Numbered from the stretch's first letter, positions 37,817 through 47,283 are shown. The stretch is DNA of 64,000 bases from Magnetospirillaceae bacterium (GCA_041685145.1 JAWLGJ010000007.1:3513-67512), one strand, 5' to 3'. The notes: a model not told the origin generated them from the sequence alone. Translations and numbers: made by a program.

Positions 37817-38701
37817 TTGGGAGTGGCTCTCGTAACGCTGGCGGCCGTCCTCTGGGGCGTGTCTGGCGGCTTGGGTGGACTGTTGATCGAGGCCGGCTGG
37901 CCTCCCCTGCTGCTGTCCTTCCATCGCGCCGCCTTCGGGCTGGCCTGCATACTCGCCTGGCTGGCACTGGCGCCCGCGATGCGGCCGATGCCACCGAAGC
38001 CAGGTCGGCGCCGTTCCGGGGTGGCCCTGCTGGGCTGGTCGGTGGTGGCGGGGCTGGGGGTCGCCGGCAATTTTTCCTTCTATTTCCTCAGCATCGGCAG
38101 CGCGGGCGTCGCCGTCGCGGCTAGCCTCATGTACAGCGCTCCGGTCTTCGTTTTTCTGGTGTCGTTCGTGCTGCGCCTGGAGCGCGCCACGCCCTTGAAG
38201 GCCGCCGCCGTGCTCGGCGTCGTCGTCGGCATTGTCCTGCTGACGGAGAGCCACCGGGTCGGCCTGAGTGCCGTCACGCCCTTCGGGCTCGCCACCGGGC
38301 TTCTCGCCGGCCTGTCGTATGCGCTGTTCATTTTGGCGTTCAAGGCCGCGGCGGCATACGGCGCGGCGCCCCGAATCCTGGCGATCGCGCTGGCCGCTGT
38401 TTTGGTCGTGCTGCTGCCTCTGGTCGACCACGCGCGGCTGGCGGCCAGTCTGGGCGCCTCGGCATTGCCGTGGTTCGTCGCGCTTGGCGTGGTGGGCGCG
38501 GGGCTGTCCTTTGCGGCCTATATCGCCGGCCTCCGGCGCACGCCGCCGACGGTGGCGGCGGTGCTGGGCGTGGTGGAGCCGGTCACGGCGGCGCTTCTCG
38601 GGACGCTGCTTCTGGACGAAACGCTGTCCCGGGTCCAGATCGGCGGCATGGTGATCATCCTGACGACCATCGCCATGCTCGCCACGCGGCGCAGCGCGTG
38701 A
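37817..38701 (+). CDS. DMT-superfamily (EamA-type) transporter
   Basis: About ten hydrophobic helices, with WG.SG near the N-terminus. TTG 37817 sits 7 nt after GTGGAGG; GTG 37823 is the alternative start. Confidence 0.8.
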   Translation: MGVALVTLAAVLWGVSGGLGGLLIEAGWPPLLLSFHRAAFGLACILAWLALAPAMRPMPPKPGRRRSGVALLGWSVVAGLGVAGNFSFYFLSIGSAGVAVAASLMYSAPVFVFLVSFVLRLERATPLKAAAVLGVVVGIVLLTESHRVGLSAVTPFGLATGLLAGLSYALFILAFKAAAAYGAAPRILAIALAAVLVVLLPLVDHARLAASLGASALPWFVALGVVGAGLSFAAYIAGLRRTPPTVAAVLGVVEPVTAALLGTLLLDETLSRVQIGGMVIILTTIAMLATRRSA

Positions 38702-38905
38702 CACTTTGATCGCCGGCCGCCTTGCGCCCGCCGTCGCGCCCGCCTATACCCGACAGCCCCGGTCGGCCTTTCGAGAGCCCGATATTGCGACTGACTCGCA
38801 TTTAAACCGCTGTATCGCCGCAATTTTTTGCTTGTCCGTTGCGTCCCGGGGGTGTTATCCCTACTTCGCAATCAGGACAAATCCGGTCCTTATTAGCAGG
38901 AACGC

Positions 38906-39345
38906 ATGTTTAAACTGAGCCGCATGACCGACTATGGCGTTGTCATCCTCTCGCACATGGCGCGGGAGCCCCAGCGCATGATGACCGCCCCGGCGCTGGC
39001 CGACGAAACCGGCCTGCCCCGACCCACCGTCATCAAGCTGCTGAAGCAGTTGGCGCGGGCGGGGCTGCTGGACGCGCACCGCGGCGCCCAGGGCGGCTAT
39101 ACCCTGGCGCGGCCGGCCGAGCGCATCACCGTGCGCGAGATCGTCGCCGCGCTGGAGGGGCGCCTGGCCCTAACCGCCTGCGTCGAGGGCGCCGAGGACG
39201 ACTGCGGCGTCGAGGACTGCTGCCCCATCCGCGGGCGCTGGGATCCCGTCAACGAGGCGGTGGCGGCGGCGCTGGACGGGGTGACGCTTGCGCGGATGGC
39301 CGCCTTCGGCCGTAACCGCTTCATGGCCTTCGAGGGACAGTTGCA

Positions 39346-39349
<4 letters not shown>
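38906..39349 (+). CDS. Rrf2-family transcriptional regulator (SUF regulator, Fe-S cluster-ligating type)
   Basis: [22 protein letters not shown] region. Cys cluster [21 protein letters not shown]. Stop overlaps the sufB ATG. Confidence 0.88.
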
Positions 39350-40791
<1,442 letters not shown>

Positions 40792-40812
40792 CAAGAGAGG
40801 GATTTTCCACCA

Positions 40813-41568
40813 ATGGCTTTGCTTGAGATCAAGAACCTGCACGCCAACGTCGATGGCACCGAGATCCTGAAGGGCATCAATCTGGTGGTCGAGCCCGGCG
40901 AGGTGCACGCCGTCATGGGGCCCAACGGCTCGGGCAAGAGCACCCTGTCCTATGTGCTGGCCGGGCGCGAGGGCTATGAGGTCACCGCCGGCGAGGTGCT
41001 CTACAAGGGCACGAACCTGCTGGAGATGGCGCCGGAGGAGCGCGCCCGCGAAGGCGTCTTCCTGGCCTTCCAGTACCCGGTCGAGATTCCCGGCGTCGGC
41101 ACCATGACCTTCCTGCGCACCGCCGTGAACGCCGTGCGCAAGCATCGCGGCCTGCCCGAATACGACGCCATGCAGTTCCTGAAGGTGGTGCGCGAGAAGG
41201 CCAAGGCCCTGAACATCCCCGACGAGATGCTCAAGCGCGCCGTCAACACCGGCTTCTCCGGCGGCGAGAAGAAGCGCGCCGAGGCGTTGCAGGCGGCGCT
41301 GCTGGACCCGGCGATGATGATCCTCGACGAGACCGATTCCGGCCTCGACATCGATGCCCTGCGGCTGGTGGCGGAAAGCTTCGACGCCATGCGCGACGCG
41401 CAGCGCTCGATGCTGGTCATCACCCATTACCAGCGCATCCTGCACTATCTGGTCCCCGACAAGGTGCATGTGCTGGCGCGCGGGCAGATCATGCGCTCGG
41501 GCGGCAAGGAGCTGGCCGAGGAGCTGGAGGCCAAGGGCTACGCCGAATTCGTGGGCGAGGCGGCATGA
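40813..41568 (+). CDS. sufC: Fe-S cluster assembly ATPase SufC
   Basis: GPNGSGKSTL Walker A, FSGGEKKR signature, ILDETDSGLD. Confidence 0.96.
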   Translation: MALLEIKNLHANVDGTEILKGINLVVEPGEVHAVMGPNGSGKSTLSYVLAGREGYEVTAGEVLYKGTNLLEMAPEERAREGVFLAFQYPVEIPGVGTMTFLRTAVNAVRKHRGLPEYDAMQFLKVVREKAKALNIPDEMLKRAVNTGFSGGEKKRAEALQAALLDPAMMILDETDSGLDIDALRLVAESFDAMRDAQRSMLVITHYQRILHYLVPDKVHVLARGQIMRSGGKELAEELEAKGYAEFVGEAA

Positions 41569-42899
41569 GCACGAGCGAAGCCCTGGCGAAAGCCGACACC
41601 GGCGCGCCGCCCTACCTGGACGCCCTGGCGGACCTGGGCGGGCGCCTGCCCCACGGCCCCGACTGGCTCGACGACCTGCGCGGGCGCGGGCGCGCCGCCT
41701 ATGCGGCCGAGGGCCTGCCGACGCGCAAGACCGAGGCCTGGAAATACACCGCCGTCGCCAAGGCCGGCGCCTTCACCCATGCCGAACTGGCGCCGCCGGC
41801 CGCCATCGACGGCGCGCGCGGGGCCGATTTCGGCCTCGAATCCTGGCGGCTGGTGCTGGTCAACGGCCGCGTGCGGCCGGAGATGTCGGCGCTGGAGGGC
41901 CTTCCCGAGGGCGTCACCGTCGCCGGCCTTGCCGACACGCTTGCCCACGCCCCCGAGCGCCTGCGCCCGCATCTGGGCGGCGTGCTGGGCCTGGAGGCCA
42001 TGCCGCTGGCGGCGCTGAACACCGCCTATCTGGGCGACGGCGCCTTCGTGCATGTTCCGCGCGGGGTGGTGCTGGACCGGCCCGTGCAGATCGTCAGCCT
42101 GGGCGCCGCGGGCGAGGCGCCGGTGATGTTCCATCCCCGCCATCTGCTGGTGCTGGAGGACGGGGCCGCCGCCACCGTCGTCGAGACCCATGTCGGCGGC
42201 GGCCGCTATTTCGCGAACACCGTCACCGAGGTGGCCCTCGGCCACGGCGCCCGCCTCGCCCATGCCAAGATGCAGGACGAGGGGCCCGAGGCCGTGCACG
42301 TCGCCGCCTGCGCGGTGCGGCTGGCGGAGAACGCCGCCTATGACGGGCTGGTGCTGCACACCGGCGCCCGGCTGGCGCGCCACGAGCTGCGCGCCGAGAT
42401 CGCCGGCCCCGGCGCCGCCTGCACCATGAACGGCGCCTTCCTCGCCGACGGCAACCGCCACGTCGACAACACCCTGTTCATCGACCACGCCGCCCCCAAC
42501 GGCAGCTCGCGCCAGGTGTTCCGCGGCGTGCTCGACGACGCGGCGCGCGGCGTCTATCAGGGCAAGGTGCTGGTCGAACGCCCGGCCCAGAAGACCGACG
42601 CCCACCAGCTTTCGCGTGCCCTGCTGCTGTCGCGCGGCGCGGAGATGGACGCCAAGCCGGAACTGGAAATCTACGCCGACGACGTCAAATGCGGCCACGG
42701 CGCCACCACCGGCGAGCTGGACACGGCGCATCTGTTCTATCTGCGCGGCCGCGGCGTCGACCTGCCGACGGCGCGGCGGATGCTGGTCGAGGCCTTCATT
42801 GCCGATATCATCGACGCCTTTCCCGACGCCACGGTGCGCGAGGCCTTTGCCGGCCGCGTCGGCGCCTGGCTCGACGGCCACGCGGAGGCGGCGCGATGA
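41565..42899 (+). CDS. sufD: Fe-S cluster assembly protein SufD
   Basis: ATG overlaps the sufC stop. KTEAWKYT, and C-terminal DVKCGHGATTGELD...LFYLRGRG. Confidence 0.93.
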   Translation: MSTSEALAKADTGAPPYLDALADLGGRLPHGPDWLDDLRGRGRAAYAAEGLPTRKTEAWKYTAVAKAGAFTHAELAPPAAIDGARGADFGLESWRLVLVNGRVRPEMSALEGLPEGVTVAGLADTLAHAPERLRPHLGGVLGLEAMPLAALNTAYLGDGAFVHVPRGVVLDRPVQIVSLGAAGEAPVMFHPRHLLVLEDGAAATVVETHVGGGRYFANTVTEVALGHGARLAHAKMQDEGPEAVHVAACAVRLAENAAYDGLVLHTGARLARHELRAEIAGPGAACTMNGAFLADGNRHVDNTLFIDHAAPNGSSRQVFRGVLDDAARGVYQGKVLVERPAQKTDAHQLSRALLLSRGAEMDAKPELEIYADDVKCGHGATTGELDTAHLFYLRGRGVDLPTARRMLVEAFIADIIDAFPDATVREAFAGRVGAWLDGHAEAAR

Positions 42900-44119
42900 G
42901 CTACGACGTCGCCACGATTCGGGCCGAATTCCCCATCCTGGCGCGGCAGGTGCGCGGGCGGCCGCTGGTCTATCTCGACTCCGCCGCCTCGGCGCAGAAG
43001 CCGGCCTGTGTCATCGAGGCCGAGGCCGCCGTCTACCGCGACGAATACGCCAACATCCATCGCGGCGCCTATATGTTCTCGGAGCGCACCACGGCGCGCT
43101 ACGAGGCGGCCCGCGAGACGGTGCGGCGCTTCCTCAACGCCGCCGACAAGCGCGAGGTCGTCTTCACCCGCAACGCCACCGAGGCCATCAACCTCGTCGC
43201 CGCCACCTGGGGTCGCGCCAATCTGGGCGAGGGCGACGAGATCCTGGTCACCGAACTGGAGCACCACGCCAACATCGTTCCCTGGCAGATGCTGGCCCAG
43301 GAAACCGGCGCGGTGCTGCGCCCGGTGCCGGTGGGCGACGACGGCCGCTTCCTGATGGACGCCTTCGAGGATGCCCTGGGCCCGCGCACCCGGCTGGTGG
43401 CGGTGGCGCACATGTCCAATGTGCTGGGCACGGTGCTGCCGGTGGCCGAGATCGCCAAGCGCGCCCGCGACGCCGGGGCGGCGGTGCTCATCGACGGCGC
43501 CCAGGCGGTGTGCCACGCCGCCGTCGACGTGCAGGCCATCGGCTGCGACTTCTACGTCTTTTCCGGCCACAAGCTCTATGGCCCCACCGGCATCGGGGCG
43601 CTGTACGGCCGCCGCGAGTTGCTGGAGGCCATGCCCCCCTATCAGGGCGGCGGCGACATGATCCGGCAGGTCAGCTTCGCGGGCACCACCTGGGCGCCGC
43701 CGCCGGCCAAGTTCGAGGCCGGCACCCCGGCCATTGCCCAGGCCATCGCCCTGGGGGCGGCCATCGACTATGTCGAGGGGCTGGGCCTGGCGGCCATCGC
43801 CGCGCACGAGCACGACCTGCTGACCCATGCCACCCAGCGGCTGTCGGCGATTCCGGGCCTGCGCATCCACGGCACGGCGCCGGGCAAGGGGGCGGTGATC
43901 TCCTTCACCCTCGACGACGCCCACCCCCACGACATCGCCACCGTGCTGGACCGGCACGGCGTGGCGGTGCGCGCCGGCCATCACTGCGCGCAGCCGTTGA
44001 TGGACCGCCTGGGCGTGCCGGCGACGGCGCGGGCGTCCTTCGGGCTCTACAACACCCGCGAGGAGGTCGAGGCCCTGGCCGGCGCCCTGGAGAAAGTCGA
44101 GGAGATGTTCCGCCGATGA
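42896..44119 (+). CDS. sufS: cysteine desulfurase SufS
   Basis: ATG overlaps the sufD stop. FPIL...YLDSAASAQKP, PLP lysine SGHKLYGPTGIG, catalytic RAGHHCAQP. Confidence 0.95.
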   Translation: MSYDVATIRAEFPILARQVRGRPLVYLDSAASAQKPACVIEAEAAVYRDEYANIHRGAYMFSERTTARYEAARETVRRFLNAADKREVVFTRNATEAINLVAATWGRANLGEGDEILVTELEHHANIVPWQMLAQETGAVLRPVPVGDDGRFLMDAFEDALGPRTRLVAVAHMSNVLGTVLPVAEIAKRARDAGAAVLIDGAQAVCHAAVDVQAIGCDFYVFSGHKLYGPTGIGALYGRRELLEAMPPYQGGGDMIRQVSFAGTTWAPPPAKFEAGTPAIAQAIALGAAIDYVEGLGLAAIAAHEHDLLTHATQRLSAIPGLRIHGTAPGKGAVISFTLDDAHPHDIATVLDRHGVAVRAGHHCAQPLMDRLGVPATARASFGLYNTREEVEALAGALEKVEEMFRR

Positions 44120-44592
44120 GCCTGATGGACGACGACCTGCGCGACCTCTATCAGGAGGTCATCCTCGACCACGGCAAGCGGCCGCGCAACTTCCGCCACC
44201 CGGAGGACGCCAACCACCAGGCGCGCGGCCACAACCCGCTGTGCGGCGACCAGTTGGTGGTCTATCTGAAGACGGACGATGCCGGCACCGTGGTCGACGC
44301 CGCCTTTCAGGGCCGTGGCTGCGCCATCTCCACCGCCTCGGCCTCGCTGATGACCGAGGTGGTCATGGGCAAGAGCGAGGCGCAGGCCCGCGCCCTGTTC
44401 GAGGCCGTGCACCGCATGGCCACCGGCGAGGACGAGGTTCCCACCCCGCCCGAGGGCCTGGAAGACGATTTCGACCGCCTGATGGTGCTTTCGGGCGTGC
44501 GTGAATATCCGGCCAGGGTCAAATGCGCCACCCTGGCCTGGCACACGATGACCGCGGCGCTCAACGATGAAGAGGAGGCGACGACGGAATGA
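44116..44592 (+). CDS. sufU: SUF-system NifU-family sulfur acceptor (SufU type)
   Basis: ATG overlaps the sufS stop. NPLCGD...GRGCAIS.ASASLMTE...PARVKCATLAW matches the SufU Cys/Asp pattern. Confidence 0.88.
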   Translation: MSLMDDDLRDLYQEVILDHGKRPRNFRHPEDANHQARGHNPLCGDQLVVYLKTDDAGTVVDAAFQGRGCAISTASASLMTEVVMGKSEAQARALFEAVHRMATGEDEVPTPPEGLEDDFDRLMVLSGVREYPARVKCATLAWHTMTAALNDEEEATTE

Positions 44593-44996
44593 TACCGGAA
44601 CGTCCCTTCGCGCCCGATGCGGGCATGACGACCCCCGGCGAGGAGATCACCTCGCGCGCCGGCGACCCCCTGCCGGCCGACAAGCAGGCGGCGGCGTCGG
44701 AGGACGCCGTGATCGATGCGCTGAAAACCGTTTATGACCCCGAGATTCCGATCAACCTTTACGACCTGGGGCTGATCTACCATCTCGATCTCAGGGACAA
44801 CGGCGACGTCGCCATCACCATGACCCTGACCACCCCGGCCTGCCCGGTGGCGCAGCAGATGCCCGACCAGGTGGCCCAGACGGTGGCCAGCCTGCCCGAG
44901 GTCGGTGTCGTGACGGTGGAGCTTGTCTGGGATCCGCCGTGGACCTTCGACAAGATGAGCCCCGACGCCCGCATGGCGCTCGACGTGATGATGTGA
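44589..44996 (+). CDS. sufT: SUF-associated DUF59 protein (SufT-like)
   Basis: VYDPEIPINLYDLGLIY...TLTTPACPVA. Confidence 0.85.
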   Translation: MIPERPFAPDAGMTTPGEEITSRAGDPLPADKQAAASEDAVIDALKTVYDPEIPINLYDLGLIYHLDLRDNGDVAITMTLTTPACPVAQQMPDQVAQTVASLPEVGVVTVELVWDPPWTFDKMSPDARMALDVMM

Positions 44997-44999
44997 CCC

Positions 45000-45043
45000 G
45001 ACGACGCGAGAGCGTCGTCATTCCCGCGAAGGCGGGAATCCAG
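45000..45043. repeat. tandem hairpins including REP-like element copy 1
   Basis: GACGACGC-gaga-GCGTCGTC (45000-45019), followed by CGTCATTCCCGCGAAGGCGGGAATCCAG (45016-45043; stem ATTCCCGC/GCGGGAAT). It generates the spurious peptide motifs LDSRLRGNDD and IPAFAGMT in the track ORFs. Confidence 0.75.
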
Positions 45044-45096
45044 CAAGGCCGGAGCCATGAAACGAGGTAGGCGACGCTAAGCGCTGGCATCACCAA

Positions 45097-45124
45097 CTGG
45101 ACCCCCGCCTGCGCGGGGGTGACG
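45097..45124. repeat. REP-like element copy 2, inverted orientation
   Basis: The reverse complement CGTCACCCCCGCGCAGGCGGGGGTCCAG matches copy 1 at 23/28 positions. The TT->CC and AA->GG changes keep the stem paired. Confidence 0.7.
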
Positions 45125-45217
45125 GAAGGGGCGCGGCGCGCGGTTTATTCGCGCCGGGCGCGCCTTCCATCCACGCGCATCCCTGTTCATCCGTGTCAGC
45201 TTGAAAGGCTGCCCGCC

Positions 45218-45622
45218 GTGGCAAACAAGGTCCACAAGCCCGACGAGGACTGGCGGCGCGAACTCTCGCCCGAGCAGTACGCCGTCTGCCGGTGCAGCGC
45301 CACCGAGCCGCCCTTCACCGGCCGCTACTGGAACGAAAAGCGCCCCGGCACCTATCACTGCGCCGCCTGCGGCCAGGATTTGTTCCATTCCGGCGCCAAA
45401 TACGACTCCGGCACCGGCTGGCCCAGCTTCTGGGCCCCGGTGGCCCAGGACCGCGTGGCGACGCGCCTCGACTCCAGCCACGGCATGACCCGCACCGAGG
45501 CCCTGTGCAGCCGCTGCGACTCCCACCTGGGCCACGTCTTCGATGACGGCCCCGATCCCACCGGCCAGCGCTACTGCATCAACTCGGCGGCGCTGGCGTT
45601 GAAGGCGGAGGATGAGGACTGA
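45218..45622 (+). CDS. msrB: peptide-methionine (R)-S-oxide reductase
   Basis: GTG 45218, 9 nt after GAAAGG. Zinc CxxC pairs (YHCAACGQ, CSRCDSHLGHVF) and catalytic RYCINS. Confidence 0.9.
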   Translation: MANKVHKPDEDWRRELSPEQYAVCRCSATEPPFTGRYWNEKRPGTYHCAACGQDLFHSGAKYDSGTGWPSFWAPVAQDRVATRLDSSHGMTRTEALCSRCDSHLGHVFDDGPDPTGQRYCINSAALALKAEDED

Positions 45623-45625
45623 CGC

Positions 45626-45898
45626 TCAGTCGGCCGCCACCGGCACGATGACCCCCACCGGCGCCTCCGGGTCGCGCATGTCCAGGAACACCACCTGCCC
45701 CAGCCGCTCGACCAGGGCGCATTGGTCCTCGGGCAGGTCGAGGAAGCGGGCGGTGGCGCCCTCGGCGTCGGTGACCTCCAGGACGTCGCCGTCCAGGCGG
45801 GCGGCGGCCGTCTCCAGGGCGAAGGGCGGCTCGGGCAGCGGGATGACGACGTGTTCCTGGTTGCCGGCGACGATGATGTCGTAGTCGTCGATGTCCAT
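45626..45898 (-). CDS. small acidic hypothetical protein (90 aa)
   Basis: GGGAGA 8 nt before ATG 45898. Very high GC3. No recognisable motif. Confidence 0.6.
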   Translation of the reverse strand: MDIDDYDIIVAGNQEHVVIPLPEPPFALETAAARLDGDVLEVTDAEGATARFLDLPEDQCALVERLGQVVFLDMRDPEAPVGVIVPVAAD

Positions 45899-45921
45899 GA
45901 CGCGGGTCTCCCGACGGGTGT

Positions 45922-45959
45922 GGAAAAGGAAAAGGGGGCGAGACTTGCCCCGCCCCCTT
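45922..45959 (-). terminator. rho-independent terminator downstream of asd
   Basis: Minus strand reads AAGGGGGCG-gggcaagtct-CGCCCCCTT followed by TTCCTTTTCC, about 31 nt after the asd stop. Confidence 0.7.
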
Positions 45960-45990
45960 ACCTGGTTCGCCTGCCGTGCGTGGCGGGCGG

Positions 45991-47010
45991 CTATTTCTTC
46001 AGGTAGTCCTGCGCCAGCACCTCGGCGATCTGCACGGTGTTGAGCGCCGCGCCCTTGCGCAGGTTGTCGCCGACGCACCAGAAGCTGAGGCCGTTCTTCA
46101 CCGTCTCGTCGCGGCGCAGGCGGCTGACGAAGACGTTGTCCTCGCCGGCGCATTCGACCTGGGTGACATAGCCCTCGTCGGCGCGGTAGTCGACCACCGA
46201 GATGCCGGGGGCGTTGCGCAGCGCCTCGCGGGCGTCGTCCTCGGAGACGGCGTTCTCGAACTCGACATTGATGTATTCGGCGTGGCCGATGAACACCGGC
46301 ACGCGGGCGCAGTTGGCGTGCAGCTTGATGTCGGGGTCGAGGATCTTGCGCGTCTCCACCGCCATCTTCCACTCTTCCTTGGTCTCGCCGTTCTCCAGGA
46401 ACTTGTCGATGTGGGGAATAACGTTGAAGGCGATCTGCTTGGTGAACTTCTCATTCACGATCGGGTCGTTCACATAGATGGCGCGGGTCTGGTTGAACAA
46501 CTCGTCCATGGCGTCCTTGCCCGAGCCCGACACCGACTGGTAGGTCGACACCACCACGCGCCGAATCTTGCCCAGGTCATGCAGCGGCTTCAGCGCCACC
46601 ACCATCTGGATGGTCGAGCAGTTGGGGTTGGCGATGATGCCGCGCTTGGTGTAGCCGGCGATGGCCTCGGGGTTCACCTCCGGCACCACCAGCGGCACGT
46701 CGGGCTCCATGCGGAAATGCGAGGTGTTGTCGACCACCACGCAGCCGGCGGCGGCGGCGCGCGGGCTGTGCTTGGCCGAGACGCTGGCGCCCGGCGACGA
46801 CAGGGCGATGTCGACGCCGGTGAAGTCGAACGTGGCCAGGTCGCGGCACTTCAGCACCTCGTCCTCGCCGAAGGAAATCTCCTTGCCCACCGACCGCTGG
46901 GAGGCGAGCGGAATCACCTCGTCGACGGGGAACTGGCGCTCGGCCAGGATGTTGAGCATCTCGCGCCCGACATTGCCGGTCGCGCCGATGACTGCGATTC
47001 TGTAACCCAT
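45991..47010 (-). CDS. asd: aspartate-semialdehyde dehydrogenase
   Basis: GAGGAGCAAAAG precedes ATG 47010. IGATGNVGREM, and active-site NPNCSTIQMV. Confidence 0.95.
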   Translation of the reverse strand: MGYRIAVIGATGNVGREMLNILAERQFPVDEVIPLASQRSVGKEISFGEDEVLKCRDLATFDFTGVDIALSSPGASVSAKHSPRAAAAGCVVVDNTSHFRMEPDVPLVVPEVNPEAIAGYTKRGIIANPNCSTIQMVVALKPLHDLGKIRRVVVSTYQSVSGSGKDAMDELFNQTRAIYVNDPIVNEKFTKQIAFNVIPHIDKFLENGETKEEWKMAVETRKILDPDIKLHANCARVPVFIGHAEYINVEFENAVSEDDAREALRNAPGISVVDYRADEGYVTQVECAGEDNVFVSRLRRDETVKNGLSFWCVGDNLRKGAALNTVQIAEVLAQDYLKK

Positions 47011-47056
47011 CTTTTGCTCCTCGCTTTTCTGTCGCCCGCGCGCCCGATATGAAACA

Positions 47057-47077
47057 GCCCGCGTGGTGCACGCGGGC
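47057..47077 (-). terminator. attenuator-type terminator hairpin in the asd leader
   Basis: Minus strand reads GCCCGCGTG-cac-CACGCGGGC (9-bp stem) followed by TGTTTCATAT, 46 nt upstream of the asd ATG. Confidence 0.45.
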
Positions 47078-47111
47078 CAATCCAAATTCGGTCAAATCGA
47101 CCGGCCCGCGC

Positions 47112-47225
47112 CTATCCGCCGGTTTTCGTAGTGGTCGCGGAGGTGGTCGTCGTGACGGCGCACGCCATCGCCGCCGGCCGGGGGCCGGCCGAACCGTCGG
47201 GGCGGTCCAGGCGAATGCGCGACAT
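47112..47225 (-). CDS. candidate Thr-rich leader peptide (37 aa) upstream of asd
   Basis: GGAAGGAG 5 nt before ATG 47225. Peptide MSRIRLDRPDGSAGPRPAAMACAVTTTTSATTTKTGG, with 8 Thr in the last 13 residues. The TAG stop abuts a segment that can pair with the terminator's left arm. Confidence 0.45.
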   Translation of the reverse strand: MSRIRLDRPDGSAGPRPAAMACAVTTTTSATTTKTGG

Positions 47226-47253
47226 GCGGGCTCCTTCCGTCTCGCGGCCGCGC

Positions 47254-47282
47254 ATTAGTCCAGAATATCGGCCGGCGGTCAA
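47254..47282 (-). promoter_or_regulatory. candidate promoter for the asd leader transcript
   Basis: Minus strand reads TTGACC (47282-47277), 17-nt spacer, ACTAAT (47259-47254). Confidence 0.4.
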
Positions 47283-47283
47283 G

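Noticed and set aside
44777-45096. Two 93-aa minus-strand ORFs containing LDSRLRGNDD and IPAFAGMT
   Set aside because: These peptide strings are the well-known translation artefacts of REP-like hairpin elements. The ORFs cover the sufT 3' end and the repeat-filled spacer.
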